NCBI RefSeq assembly: GCF_009914755.1
Contig: NC_060937.1
Length of the DNA: 64,000 nt
Strand: one strand, 5' to 3'
Source: the human T2T-CHM13v2.0 reference genome, Homo sapiens
A model generated the notes under the pieces. That model worked only from the letters and a program-made list of their open reading frames with translations. It was not told the DNA's origin and made no database searches. The position numbers and the translations under genes are program-made. Below, one piece after another: positions 31,223 through 43,410 of the stretch; the first letter of the stretch is position 1, and each line of letters opens with the position of its first letter.

Positions 31223-32879
31223 ACACCCTTTACATAAATTCACGTGTGGAAAATGTATATACATATGAAAAAACATGAATAGATAGGGTTTATATAAGTA
31301 ATTAAAGGCTAATTTATTATTTATAATATTTATGATAATTCACCATATTAACAGAAAGTAGAAGAATAGCACTATGATCACCTCAATAGATTTAGATAAG
31401 ACTTTGGCCAACATCTGATCATGATAACAACTTTCAGTAAATTACGAATAGGTGATTAGTTCCCTAAACTATCTATCCTAATGCAAATCTGCAAAAAACC
31501 TACAGGTAACATCATATTAAATAGTGAAAGATTGAACAGTTTCACTGAAAGATGAGTGGCAAGGCAAAGAGATCCACTTTTACCAGTATCATTGAGGTGA
31601 TACTGGAAGTCTAACCTATTAAAATACAGGAGGAAAAAGTTATTTATGAACTGGAAAGGGAAAATAAAAATTTCTCTAATCAAATACATTTTGATTGTCC
31701 ATGGACTCTACACAAAACCTCCAAGAAATGATGACAGTTCAGCAATGTTTTCAGATACAAGCTCAATATACAAATTTCAATTGTATTTCTAATTATCAAC
31801 AATGAATAAATAATTCTAAAATGTGTATTTAAAAGCAGAGAATTTAGAATAGCAAAAATAGTTTTGAAAAAGAACAAAGTTGGAATAGTTACCTGATTTT
31901 ATGATTTCCTAACAGTAGCAATAATCAAGACATCATAGCATTAGTGAAAAAAATAGACAAAGCAACCCATATAGTATGGAATAGAGTTATAAGATCAACA
32001 CACATATGTATAGTTCATTGATTTTCAACAAAGATGCCAAGGCAGTTCAATGAAGAAAGGAGACTTCGACAAATGTTATTGGAAAACTAGACATCTATAT
32101 GGAAAAACAAAAACAAACACAAAAACATTACTCATACTTGACACCTTAGAACAAAATTATATCTACATAGATCACAGACCTAAATACAAACTTTATACCT
32201 ATACAAATTAGAAAATAAATTTAGGACATTTTTGTTGTTTTTTTCGAAGTATTTGTTGGTTTTTAATATTCTAATCTGGTGTACTATAGTGCAACTTCCT
32301 TATCCATTTTCTCATAAAATATATTTCAGTTTTTCTCCAGGTTGGGACTATTATGCATGATGCTGCTTTGAACATCACAATACAACTTTTTATGTTAATA
32401 TATTTTCTTTTCTGTAGGATAAATGCCCAAGAATTAAATTTCTATTTCAAAAATTGATTTTAATTTTAAAATGTATGTAAAAATGATTTTTCCAGGGTCA
32501 GTGCTCCATTTTACTTTTCTATCAGCAGAAAGAAGAGATAACGTTATTCTGCAACAGTTCCAGGAATTTCTTATGTAGTTTTTTAAAAATAATTATTTTA
32601 ATAGATAAGTACTAATATCTCACTATGATTTAACTTTAGTTTTGCTAATCGCTAATTAATTCAAGCATTTTTCAAAGGGCTTATTTACCACATTGAAATC
32701 TTTTTTAGTCAAGAATCTTGTCAATTTTCTTGACCATTTTAGAACTGTGTTTTCAATTTACAAGTGTTTGCCTCAAGTTTACATCTTATGCCATGTGTCC
32801 TTATCATCATCATAGAGATTTTCTCAAAGTAAAATTTTAGTTCTGATAAATTTCATTTCATCAACTTTTTGTCTGGTAG

Positions 32880-32883
<4 letters not shown>

Positions 32884-32933
<50 letters not shown>
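32884..32933. repeat. (TG)n microsatellite
   Basis: About 24 uninterrupted TG units. Confidence 0.97.
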
Positions 32934-32934
<1 letters not shown>

Positions 32935-33377
32935 TTTGTGTTTTGTCATGTCTAAGAACAATTTTTGCTAATCCTAGGTCATGAAGATCTTCTTATATGT
33001 GCTCTTCAAAAACATGGTATGTTTTTGAACATAATGTGCTTATTTATTAATGTTTTGAATTATTTTTGTTAGGATTTTATAGCTTTCCATAAAAAATCCT
33101 GCACATGCCTTCCTTGATCTATACCTAAGTATGTCAAGTTTTTTAAGCCATTGTAAATGGTATTTTTAAAATTTGGTTAAAAATATTGCATTGCTTATAT
33201 AAAGAAATATAATAAACTATTTGTATGCTGATGTCTTATCCTGAGACCTTGTTGGATCACATATTATTTAAAGGAACCTTCAGTTTAGTTTCCTTGGTAT
33301 TTTCTACATATGTCACCATGTATTCTACAAGCAGGAAAAAAATTTCAATGATTGCTTTCCAGTCTGTATGCTTTCTT

Positions 33378-33418
33378 CCCCGCCCCCGCCCCGGCCCCCC
33401 CGGCCTCCCCGCCCCGCC
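33378..33418. repeat. C/CpG-rich (CCCCG)n-like tract
   Basis: CCCCGCCCCCGCCCCGGCCCCCCCGGCCTCCCCGCCCCGCC. Confidence 0.9.
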
Positions 33419-36400
33419 TTGCTCTGTTGCATTCCTTAGGACTTCTAGTACTATACTGAATAAGAGTGGAAAAGTAAAGATTCTTGCCATGTTACTGAAG
33501 TTAGGAGAACTGTATTCAGTCTTTTACCACTACATATTGTGATAAATATACGTGTTTTGTAGATTTTCTTCATTATTTTTGAGAAAATTAGAAGCGATTC
33601 CATGTTGTCTGAGTTTCTATCAAGAGTGGGTATTGAATGTTGATGAAATTCTACATTAATATGATCACATGATTTATCTTCATTATGGAACTCATCTTGC
33701 ATCTCCAAAGTTAAATTATTTTAACCGATAAATAGAACTTTGGCTCTCAGTAAGGAATGTACATTTGAATGACATTTCCAATCGTAAGATGAGTAAGCCG
33801 TTTGTATTTTATTTTAAAATATATGATATTCTTTATATAACCTATTGACCTGTGTTAAAAATGTAGACTGTATACTACTTTGATATTTGAAACAAAAGAG
33901 AAAATTCCCAACAAAAGGTTGCTAAATCAGTTTAAATAATGTTTAATTATTTGTTTTTAAATCCCTCATGATTGATTTCTGCCTCTAGAAATTATACATA
34001 TGTCATCTCAAAACTTAGTAGAGGATCCTCATAAATCAAAACCTGATAAAAAATATTATTCTTGATCTTTGGCCAATAATTACTGAAGTAGTTTTAAAAT
34101 AATTGCTTATCTTTTTTACTATATTATTGTTATGACTTCTTTTGAAGATCAATCTGAACTTTGGAACACGTTTTTAAAAAAGTAACAAGAGTACATGTGT
34201 ATGTTTACCTATTATGGGAAAAATAGCATGTAAAAAAATGTGTATATTATTTAAGATTTTGGAGTTCTCATTTTAGTGAAGACAAGCAATTCAAGAATAG
34301 AAGCCTCTCAGTTACAAAGTAACTAGAGGTCTAGTTACTTATTACTAGTTACTAATTAATGTTGCCCCATAAATTTGCTGTGCCTTACCTGAGAACATAT
34401 ATTGATTATATTATGTGAAAAGAAATAGCAGTTCACTACAAAAATAATTTTATGAATGTATGAGTTAGCCCTAGATACCTGAAATAATTTCCAAATATCT
34501 GAACAATCCTTTAAAATTCTGTGCACATTCATTTCAAAGATAAAACAGTAAAGCCTAAGCTAGTCCCTCATGAACCTCACTTCTGTTTGTCAACACATAT
34601 CGCAAAATTATATACCATAGCACTAGAGTATACAAGTATCCTAGCCTCCATCCCATAAGCCATTAAATTTAAGCTGAAACTTTCAAAAGGGCAAGCAAAG
34701 TAAATCGTTAAGTATATATATTTAAAATGCCATGGATTTAGTACTTCCTGGTTTCTTTTTATACAGTGCTGAGCTAATACATTGTTTATAAACATCTTGA
34801 AAATCTCTGAAAACATCCTGTTCTGTGTTTGATGCAGAAAAGCTGGATGAAAGCTGAAATTTACTTAATGTGCTAGACATAAAGTTAATAGGTTTATAGC
34901 AGAAATACTTTTAGAACAATGTAATATCAGAAAAGTCCAGGGACTGTGGAACAAAATAAAGATTTCCTTGTTTGAAAGTGAATAATTGACTTAGAATAAT
35001 TCCTTAATGATACTAATTTTTGTTACTGATGCTACCTTAATAATGCAAAATTTCCAATCTAAGATCCAAATAACACTGTGAGTTCATGGTATACTATGCA
35101 ATATTCCATTATTCCATACTTAGATTTATCATAGCATTTGACCCATGATATGACAATTGTAAAATATGCCTATCAGTTTCCCTTATGATTTTCTTGGAAC
35201 AAGGACTGTATCTTTACATCTTTGGATCTCTAGTAGCTGTGATATATCTTTCACCTGACAAGTAGCTAAAAATATGTTTTGCATAAATGATAAATAATAT
35301 GATGAAAATCATCTTAGTAGACACAATACTTCATATAGAAAGTGCATAATTTCAAGAAAATCTAATTGGCATAATATGCCTAATATAACTGAATTCAGTT
35401 ACACAGACTTGGTGGATTGAAGTTCTTGTATTTGCTCTTATCTGAGTATTTGACATTTCTGACTCTTATTTCCTTATTTGAATTGAAATATTATGAAGAA
35501 AAAATATATCACCAATGCAATACTGGGTTTATATTACCAGAGAAGAAACAGCTATTCTTTAAAGAGGAAAATTGAACTCGATTATACATGTGAGTTAAGA
35601 TTTGTTAATTACTCTCAAAAACATATTTGCCCTTTCTTCTGAAGTTTTGAGTAAATTAGAAATTTATGGATATGAGCATGAAGCCCATAAATTCTAACAA
35701 ACTTGAAAATTTGAGATACATATTTAAGAAAAATGATTGAGTCAGTGTCTGAGTTATTTAGTACCATGTTGTTAGAGTTATACACATAGCTAAATTAGAA
35801 TTTCTTCATTTCAAATATATTTTAAGAACTGTAATTTTCTGTATGAAATGCTTAATATTATTCGCTTTTATAACTTTTCATCTAATAAAGGCTTTAGAGA
35901 CATGACCCATAGGATTAAAATCATAATCTTCAAATCTTCTCTACTATATAAAAGGTCAAGATTAGTCAATGATTATTATTAGTTTTTTTTTTTTTTTGTC
36001 AATGGACTTACATTGAGCTTTGCCATTTACTGCTACAGAAAACTGAAATTATAATGGCCGCTGAAAAGCTTTGCTTGTGATAAGGAAAATATAGAAATAA
36101 AACATAAGAAGAACAAATGATCTGAGAAATAAAATGATGGTATTAATCAATTATTTGATCCCACCCATCTAGATACTAGGGGGCACACTGATAGATAGCT
36201 CCAGAGACATTCAGAAAAGTGCTTTCCCTACTTTATGTCAGTTACAAAGCAAACATGAGTTCCACCTGTATTACTCAAAGAAGGAGTTGGAAGTCTGATT
36301 TTAAAAGCTGCTTGAAAATACGGTGTGTGAGTCAACATTTGCATGACATTATGGTTGAAGATTCTATATATATGTACAGCTGCCTGAAAACATGCTTTTT

Positions 36401-37354
36401 CAATGAATCATTAGTAGATTGTAGGGACGGCTCATAAATCTATCCAATTAATATTGCAGAGAGATCACACAATCTTATGAGCTTATAAACTGTTATCTCC
36501 CATATTTTTATTCTAAAAGCTTTTTGTTGACATCACTGCTGCGTAATATGCTTTGTCAAGAGTATTGTCTTTTTTGTTGGCTAGAGAAGGCACAATAGCT
36601 TTTCCGTGGAATTTACTTTTAATAGAATACCTTGTCTCTGATTGTAACAGCTGTTATTATTTTTTGTTAAAGAAACAATTGATTTGTTCGTAAAATCGTG
36701 ACAAATTGATGTGCTGCTGCTGATGAGTTGGCAACTTACTTTTTAATTATTTACCATTTAAAAGTCACATTTTCACCTCAATTTCGGTTAGTTTTGTAAT
36801 ACAAGGTAAGTAAAAGACAAAAAGGTTAGTTGATGGGCAGTAATGGCAGGGTCTAAAATGAGTAGCAAAGGTTTTTAAAGATCAACTTGACAGACTTCAA
36901 AGATTGTATTCTTAAGTACTTATTATGCAGATGACTGTAATTTGTGTGGAATTCAGTTTAAAGAAATTGAAAGTTACTGACATTATGTTTATAGAATTTT
37001 CCAGGATTTGAGAAAGTGTTTAAGAAATTATAAATTTCTCCTTTTAATGCTTGGTTAGATTTGTTTATTGAAAAAAAAAGTAACAGGAAGAATAAAACAA
37101 AGAAAGCTCTGACATCACTTTTTTCTCATTTTGTTTCATCCATGTCCATGGTTTTACTGCCTTAATGAAATTGAACGTGTGAACGTGTCAATGAGCACCC
37201 AGTAATAAAAACACTCTTAAACTGAAAGGTATTCCTTTCAAGTTTCTCTCCTCTTGATATAAGTAGCATATGAAAAGTAACAAAGTATATGTTTTCATTC
37301 TCCAAGAGTGAATTGAATGATTTGAAACCTTCAAAAGATCTTCATAGCCTAAAA

Positions 37355-37613
37355 CAGTGGTCCTCAACCTTTTTGGCACCAGGGACTTGTTTCATGGAAG
37401 ACATTTTTTCCACACACCAGGCTGGAGGGAGTGGTGGTTTTTAGATCTCAAGTGCATTACATTTATTGTGCATCTTATTTTATTATTATTACACTGTAAT
37501 ATATAATTAAATAATTATGCAACTCACTATAATATAGAATCAGTGGGAGCCCTGAGCTTGTTTTCCTGCAACTAGAAGGTCCCATCTGGGGTTGATGGGA
37601 GACAGTGACAGAT
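37355..37613. mobile_element. MER1A-like hAT element, truncated
   Basis: CAGTGGTCCTCAACCTTTTTGGCACCAGGGAC...CAGTGGGAGCCCTGAGCTTGTTTTCCTGCAACTAG. Confidence 0.85.
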
Positions 37614-37614
37614 T

Positions 37615-37930
37615 TATCCAAGGAGACTGGTAGCTACAGGAGATTGATTCCTGGACCTGCAACTCTACCCCACAAATACCAAAATCTGCAGACGCTCAAG
37701 TCTCTAATTTAAAAAATGGTATAGTATTTGTATATTACCTATAGACATTCTCTCAGACATTTTAAACTCTAATTACCTATAATACCTAACATAATGTAAA
37801 TGCTATATAAATAGTTGTTATACTGTTACTTTAAAAATTTTACTAATTTTATTGTATTGTTATTTTTAAAATATTTTGATTCACATTTGGTTAAAGCAAC
37901 AGTTGTGGAAAGCACATATATGAAGGTTTG
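37615..37930. mobile_element. MER2-like (Tigger) element
   Basis: ATACCAAAATCTGCAGACGCTCAAGTC...AATGTAAATGCTATATAAATAGTTGTTATACTG. Confidence 0.8.
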
Positions 37931-37971
37931 GTTCTTGAACACCAAATTTGTTCTTTATCAAGATTGTTTTG

Positions 37972-40821
37972 GTGGACGTGGGGCCGAGATGGACAACTAG
38001 AAGCAGTGGTGATCTCAGGCTCCCATCGAAAAGAACCATAATTAGCATGTGAATCCTGCACCAGCAACCAAGATATCTAGGTTCTTTCATCGGAACTGAC
38101 AAGGTAGGGGGGTGCGATCCATGGAGAGGAAGGAAGAGCAGTGTGGTACAGTGGCCCACCTGAGAGCCACACTGGGCAGGGGAGCCCCCACCCTCCAGCC
38201 AAGGGAGGCGGTGAGTGAGCATGCTACCCAGCCAGGGAAACTGTGCTTTTTCCCCCGAACTGTGCAACCCACGGATTGGAAGGTCCCACTCGTGGACCCA
38301 CGCCACCGGGGCCTAGGGTTCCAACCCCAGAGCTGTACAGATTCTCAACAACCTCTCAGCTAGAATCCGCTTAAGCCTGCCGAGTTTTCTGGTGGAGGGG
38401 CGACCAGCACCACAGTTGCTGCTGCTTGCTGTCTGAGCCGTTTGAGCTTCTTGGCAGAGGGGCAGCAGCCAGCACTGAGACTCATAACTGCCTAACACAT
38501 AAGCTCCCCGGGTTGGAGGAGGGCGGCACCCATCACTATAGCTCCAGGCTGCGCTTTTCCCCTGTTGAAGCCAGGGAAGCTGGATGGCTTTGTCCAAAGA
38601 GGTGTTCCCCACAGCCCAACACGTAAGCTGTGGCAGACTACAGACAGAGCGCATCTTCAGGCCTGATTCTGACCCATCCTTCCTCACTGGGTGGAGCCTC
38701 CCTGCAGGAACTCCAACAACTCCAGCCGGAGGCTCAGGGACAGAACCCTGATCTCCCTGGGCCCGAGCCCCTAGGGGGAGGGGTGGCCACAGTCTCTGCA
38801 GACCGGCAGACTTTGCCTTTCCTCCTGGTAGTTCTCAGGAATCTGGGTAGCCCAGACTAGTGGGTTTCTTCCCAGCCAAGCAGACCTCATCCACCAAGGG
38901 ACAAAGTGCTTCATTAAACAGGCCCTGTTCCCTGTGCCACCCAACTGGGTGAGACTCTTCAACAGGGGTTGTCAAACACCCTATACACAAGCGACTCTAC
39001 TGGGATCAGGTTGGTGCCCCTCAAGGTCAGAGATCCAAGAAGAAGGAGCAGGCACCCATCTTTGCTGTTCTCCAGCCTCCTTCAGTGACATCTCCAGGCG
39101 AGGGATCTATCCAGATGAATAAGGCCTGAAGTGAACCCCCAGCAAACCGCAGCAGCCCTACAGAAGAGAGACCTTCCCATTGAAAGAAAAACAAACAAAC
39201 AGAAAGCAACAACAGCAGCATCAACAACAAAAACCTCCCCACAAAAACCCTATCCAAGGGTCAGCAGCCTCAAAGATTAAAACTAGACAAACTGATGAAG
39301 AAGAGAAAGAAAGAATGAAAAAATGCTGAAAACCCAAAATGTCAGAGTGCCTCTTCTCCAAATCATTGCAGTGCCTCTCCAGCAAGAGCACGGAACTGGA
39401 TGGAGGGTTAGATGGATGAAATGACAGAAATAAGCTTCAGAACAGAACAGAACAGAGACCTCAGAAATAACACCACACATCTACAACCATCTAATCTTTG
39501 ACAAACCTGACAAAAACAAGCAGTGGGAAAAGGGTCTGTTATTCAATAAATGGTGCTGGGAAAACTGGCTCGCCATATGCAGAAAACTGAAACTGGACCC
39601 CTTCCTTACACCTTATCCAACCTTAACTCAAGATGGATTAAAGACTTAAATGTAAAAGCCAAAACCATAAAAATCCTTGAAGAAAACCTAGGCAATACCA
39701 CTCAGAACATAGGCATGGGCAAAGACTTAATGATGAAAACACCAAAAGCAATTGCAACGAAAGACAAAATTGACAAATGGGATTTAATTAAACTAAAGAG
39801 CTTCTGCACAGCAAAAGAAACTTATTATTAGAGTGAACAGGCAACCTAGAGAAAGGGAGAAAATTTTTGCAATCTACCCATCTGACCAAGGTCTAATATT
39901 CAGAATTTACAAGGAACTTAAGCAAGTTTACAAGAGAAAAACAACCCCATCAAAAAGTGGGCAAAGGATATGAACAGACACTTCTCAAAAGAAGACATTA
40001 CTCAGCGAACGAACATATGGAAAAAAGCTCGACATCACTGATCGTCAGAGAAACGCAAATTAAAACCACAATGAGATACCATCTCATACCAGTCAGAATG
40101 CTGATTAGTAAAAAGTCAAGAAGCAATAGATGCTGGTGAAGCTGTAAAGAAATTGGAACGCTTTTTATATTTATTTTTTTTTGAAATGGAGTTTTGCTCT
40201 TGTTGCCCAGGCTGGAGTGAATGCTTTTACACTGTTGGTGGGAATGTAAATTAGCTCAACCATTGTGGAAGACAGTATGGCGATTCCTCAAAGATCTAGA
40301 GCTAGATATATCATTTGACCCAACAATCTCTTTACTGGATATATAACCAAAGGAATATAAATCATTCCAGTATAAAGACACATGCACACATATGTTTATT
40401 GCAGCACTATTTACAATAGCAAAGTCATAAAACCAACCCAAATGCCCATCAATGATAGACTGGATAATGAAAATTTGGTACATATAAACCATGGAATACT
40501 ATGCAGCCATAAAAAAGAATGAGATCCTGTCCTTTGCAGGGACATGGATAAAGCTGGAAGCCATCATCCTTAGCAAACTAACATAGGAACAGAAAAACCA
40601 ACACTACATGTTCTCACTCATAAGTGGTAGTTAACATTAAGAGCATATGGATACAAAGAACAGAACAATACACACACACCAGGGCCTGTTGGGGCTGGGG
40701 CTGAGGGGAGGAAACTTAGAGGACAGGTCAATAGGTGCAGCAAACCACCATGGCACACATATACCTGTGTAATAAACCTGCACGTTCTGCACATGTATCC
40801 CAGAACTTGATGTAAAAAAAA
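37972..40821 (+). mobile_element. L1PA8A/L1PA10-like element with 5' UTR and 3' end but a large internal deletion
   Basis: GC-rich 5' UTR 37972-~39300; ORF1 start; junction at ~39441 to distal ORF2; 3' UTR and tail; TSD AAGATTGTTTTG / AAAATTGTTTTG. Confidence 0.9.
40166..40218 (-). mobile_element. Severely 5'-truncated Alu (about 36 nt of body plus tail)
   Basis: T-tract then GAAATGGAGTTTTGCTCTTGTTGCCCAGGCTGGAGT; TSD GAACGCTTTT / GAATGCTTTT. Confidence 0.85.
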
Positions 40822-40833
40822 AAAATTGTTTTG

Positions 40834-41500
40834 ACAAATCTGGATGCTTTACATTTCCATTTTAATTTTAGAATAAGATTCTCAATTTCTGCAATCATTA
40901 ATAATGACTGAGTTTTGAATAAGAATTGTACTGAGACTTTACATTAATTTGAGGAACATTGTCAATGTAAAGTCTGCTTCGTGAAATTAGGATATCTTTC
41001 CATTTATTTAAATATCTTATGTTTTCTTTCAACAATATTTTATCATTTTTGGTATGCATATCTCATACTTCCTTTCTTCAGTTTTTTTCTAACAAGTTTA
41101 TTATTGTAATATTGTTTTAATTTTTTACTTATTTTCATTGCTAGTACATAGAAAAAATGATTTAATATTGATTTCATGTCTGTAAGTTTGATGAACAAGT
41201 ATCTTAGTTCAAATAGTTTTAGAAGCTTCCTAAAATTTTCTGTCTACATGATCACATCATCTGTAAATAATATTACTGGTTCCTTTTCAATCTGTGATCT
41301 ATTAGGTGACATACATATATATATACATACCTATGTTCAATCTGTGATCAATTAGGTAACGTGTGTGTGTGTGTGTGTGTGTGTGTAAAACCTAATTGAC
41401 CCAAGTAAAACTTCTAATAATAAGTTTAATACAATTGCCTATAATGCAATTCTTATTTTCCTTCTAATGATAGGGTGTTTCTTTGATCTCAAGTGAACAA
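40834..41500 (-). mobile_element. Old L1M ORF2 fragment, the target of the L1PA insertion
   Basis: TTCTTTATCAAGATTGTTTTG (before the L1PA) continues as ACAAATCTGGATGCTTTACATTTCCATTTTAATTTTAGAAT. Confidence 0.7.
41361..41386. repeat. (GT)n microsatellite
   Basis: 13 GT units. Confidence 0.95.
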
Positions 41501-42958
41501 TGCTTAGCAAAAATAATGCATAATTTCAAAATCAAATGTTTACATTTTTTACCTAACTTCCTAAAAAATTGTTAAAAAATGAGTAGCACAAATAGTTTTT
41601 TTCTTAATTTCACTTGTCAATACATCATTACTTGTAGAAATTATAAGCTAGTATTATATTAAACTAGTAATTATTTCTGTGAAAAGAATACTAAATATGA
41701 CAAAACAAAAACAGTAATGGAGTTTACAAACTATAATTAGAAATAAATTTCAAGTGTTTGTAACTAATTCTATTCACAGTATGGTAACATTGATGTTAAC
41801 TATCTAGAAAAATATCAAAAAGATAATATACAGCTTTATCATTTTACAGCATTTATATTTTAGAAAATAATTTAAAGTATTATTTACTACTTTCACTTAG
41901 TAACTGATAGCCAATGCAAACAGAATACTTTTTTATTTAAGAAAAATTTTATTATTATTAACAGCAGTTGCTACTTGTCTGATTTGCTACTTATGGGATT
42001 TGATAAAAATACATTTTAGAATCTGTTCATTTTGGTACTTCAAAAACCCTCTTTGTACTCACTATAAATAATCATATATCTTTCTGTCCTCAGTGAAAAT
42101 GAAGAGTGATGAAAATGATTGTGTTATGTACTTATTATAAATGGACTGTTCTCAGTGCAGGATTCCAGGAATAATATGTAATATTCAAAACATCATACAC
42201 ATCTCACTAAAGTCCAAGAATATGAGTGAGATCATAGAAAGCATAGAATTTCAAATACCCTGGTTTAAATCTACATACTCTCAGCCTCATATTGAAGTTC
42301 TCTTATTTCTTTAATACCTTTCAGAATCTTCAGGAGCAAAATTTGAATGTATTCAAAACTCCCTCGGGAATAACAAACAGTTCACTCAGCCCAGACTGCT
42401 CAAAATCTTTTACATCCTTGTTCTCATTGCTCTAAATTCCCATTATTCATTTTACCTTTGCTAACAAGATCTGGTTTTGTTTCTTTGATTCTTTTCCTCA
42501 ATTATAATCATTGTCCCCTCCAAAGTTAAACTCTTCATAATTCTTGGCACCTAACAAATGGTGGATTTACTCCCGGTGGTGCTACATTTCACTCTGGCTA
42601 TAAATTATTTTATATGTGCCCCACAAAAATCTTCAAGACTTGTCTATATTTCAGCAGAAATGAGACATTATAACTCACGTTCTGCTTAGGAGACTCTGTT
42701 CTTCTTACATTAGTTGAAACTTTATACCTATGTGGATTAAGTGGAGGCTGAACATTGCCTAATTCCACATAACGGGCATATATGGATGTCAGCTGTAGGC
42801 CAGCCAGTATACAGATACCATAATATGCCTATATTAAATAGTAATAGTCTTATGTTGACTAATCTGAAGATGTTAAAAATAAAAAACTTTAATGTTTGTC
42901 TGTATTTACTCTAAGATTATACTAAAATTTATTTAGTAACTCATTTTTAAAATGTTGA

Positions 42959-43410
<452 letters not shown>

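Larger units (their letters stand above)
29790..32230 (+). mobile_element. Old L1M ORF2 fragments interrupted by Tigger4 and a MaLR LTR
   Basis: GCAACATATCAAAATTTGTGAGTTGCAG; AAAACCTACAGGTAACATCATATTAAATAGTGAAAG; TTGATTTTCAACAAAGATGCCAAGGCAGTTCAATG. Confidence 0.75.
32300..33710 (-). mobile_element. Old L1M fragments, antisense
   Basis: ORF 33257..33490 FPLLFSIVLEVLRNA (L1 RT motif SPLLFNIVLEVLA); CTAGTACTATACTGAATAAGAGTGG. Confidence 0.75.

Noticed and set aside
37881-39257. Cluster of 61-141 aa ORFs on both strands
   Set aside because: They lie in the L1 5' UTR; no recognisable protein and no evidence of a functional frame.
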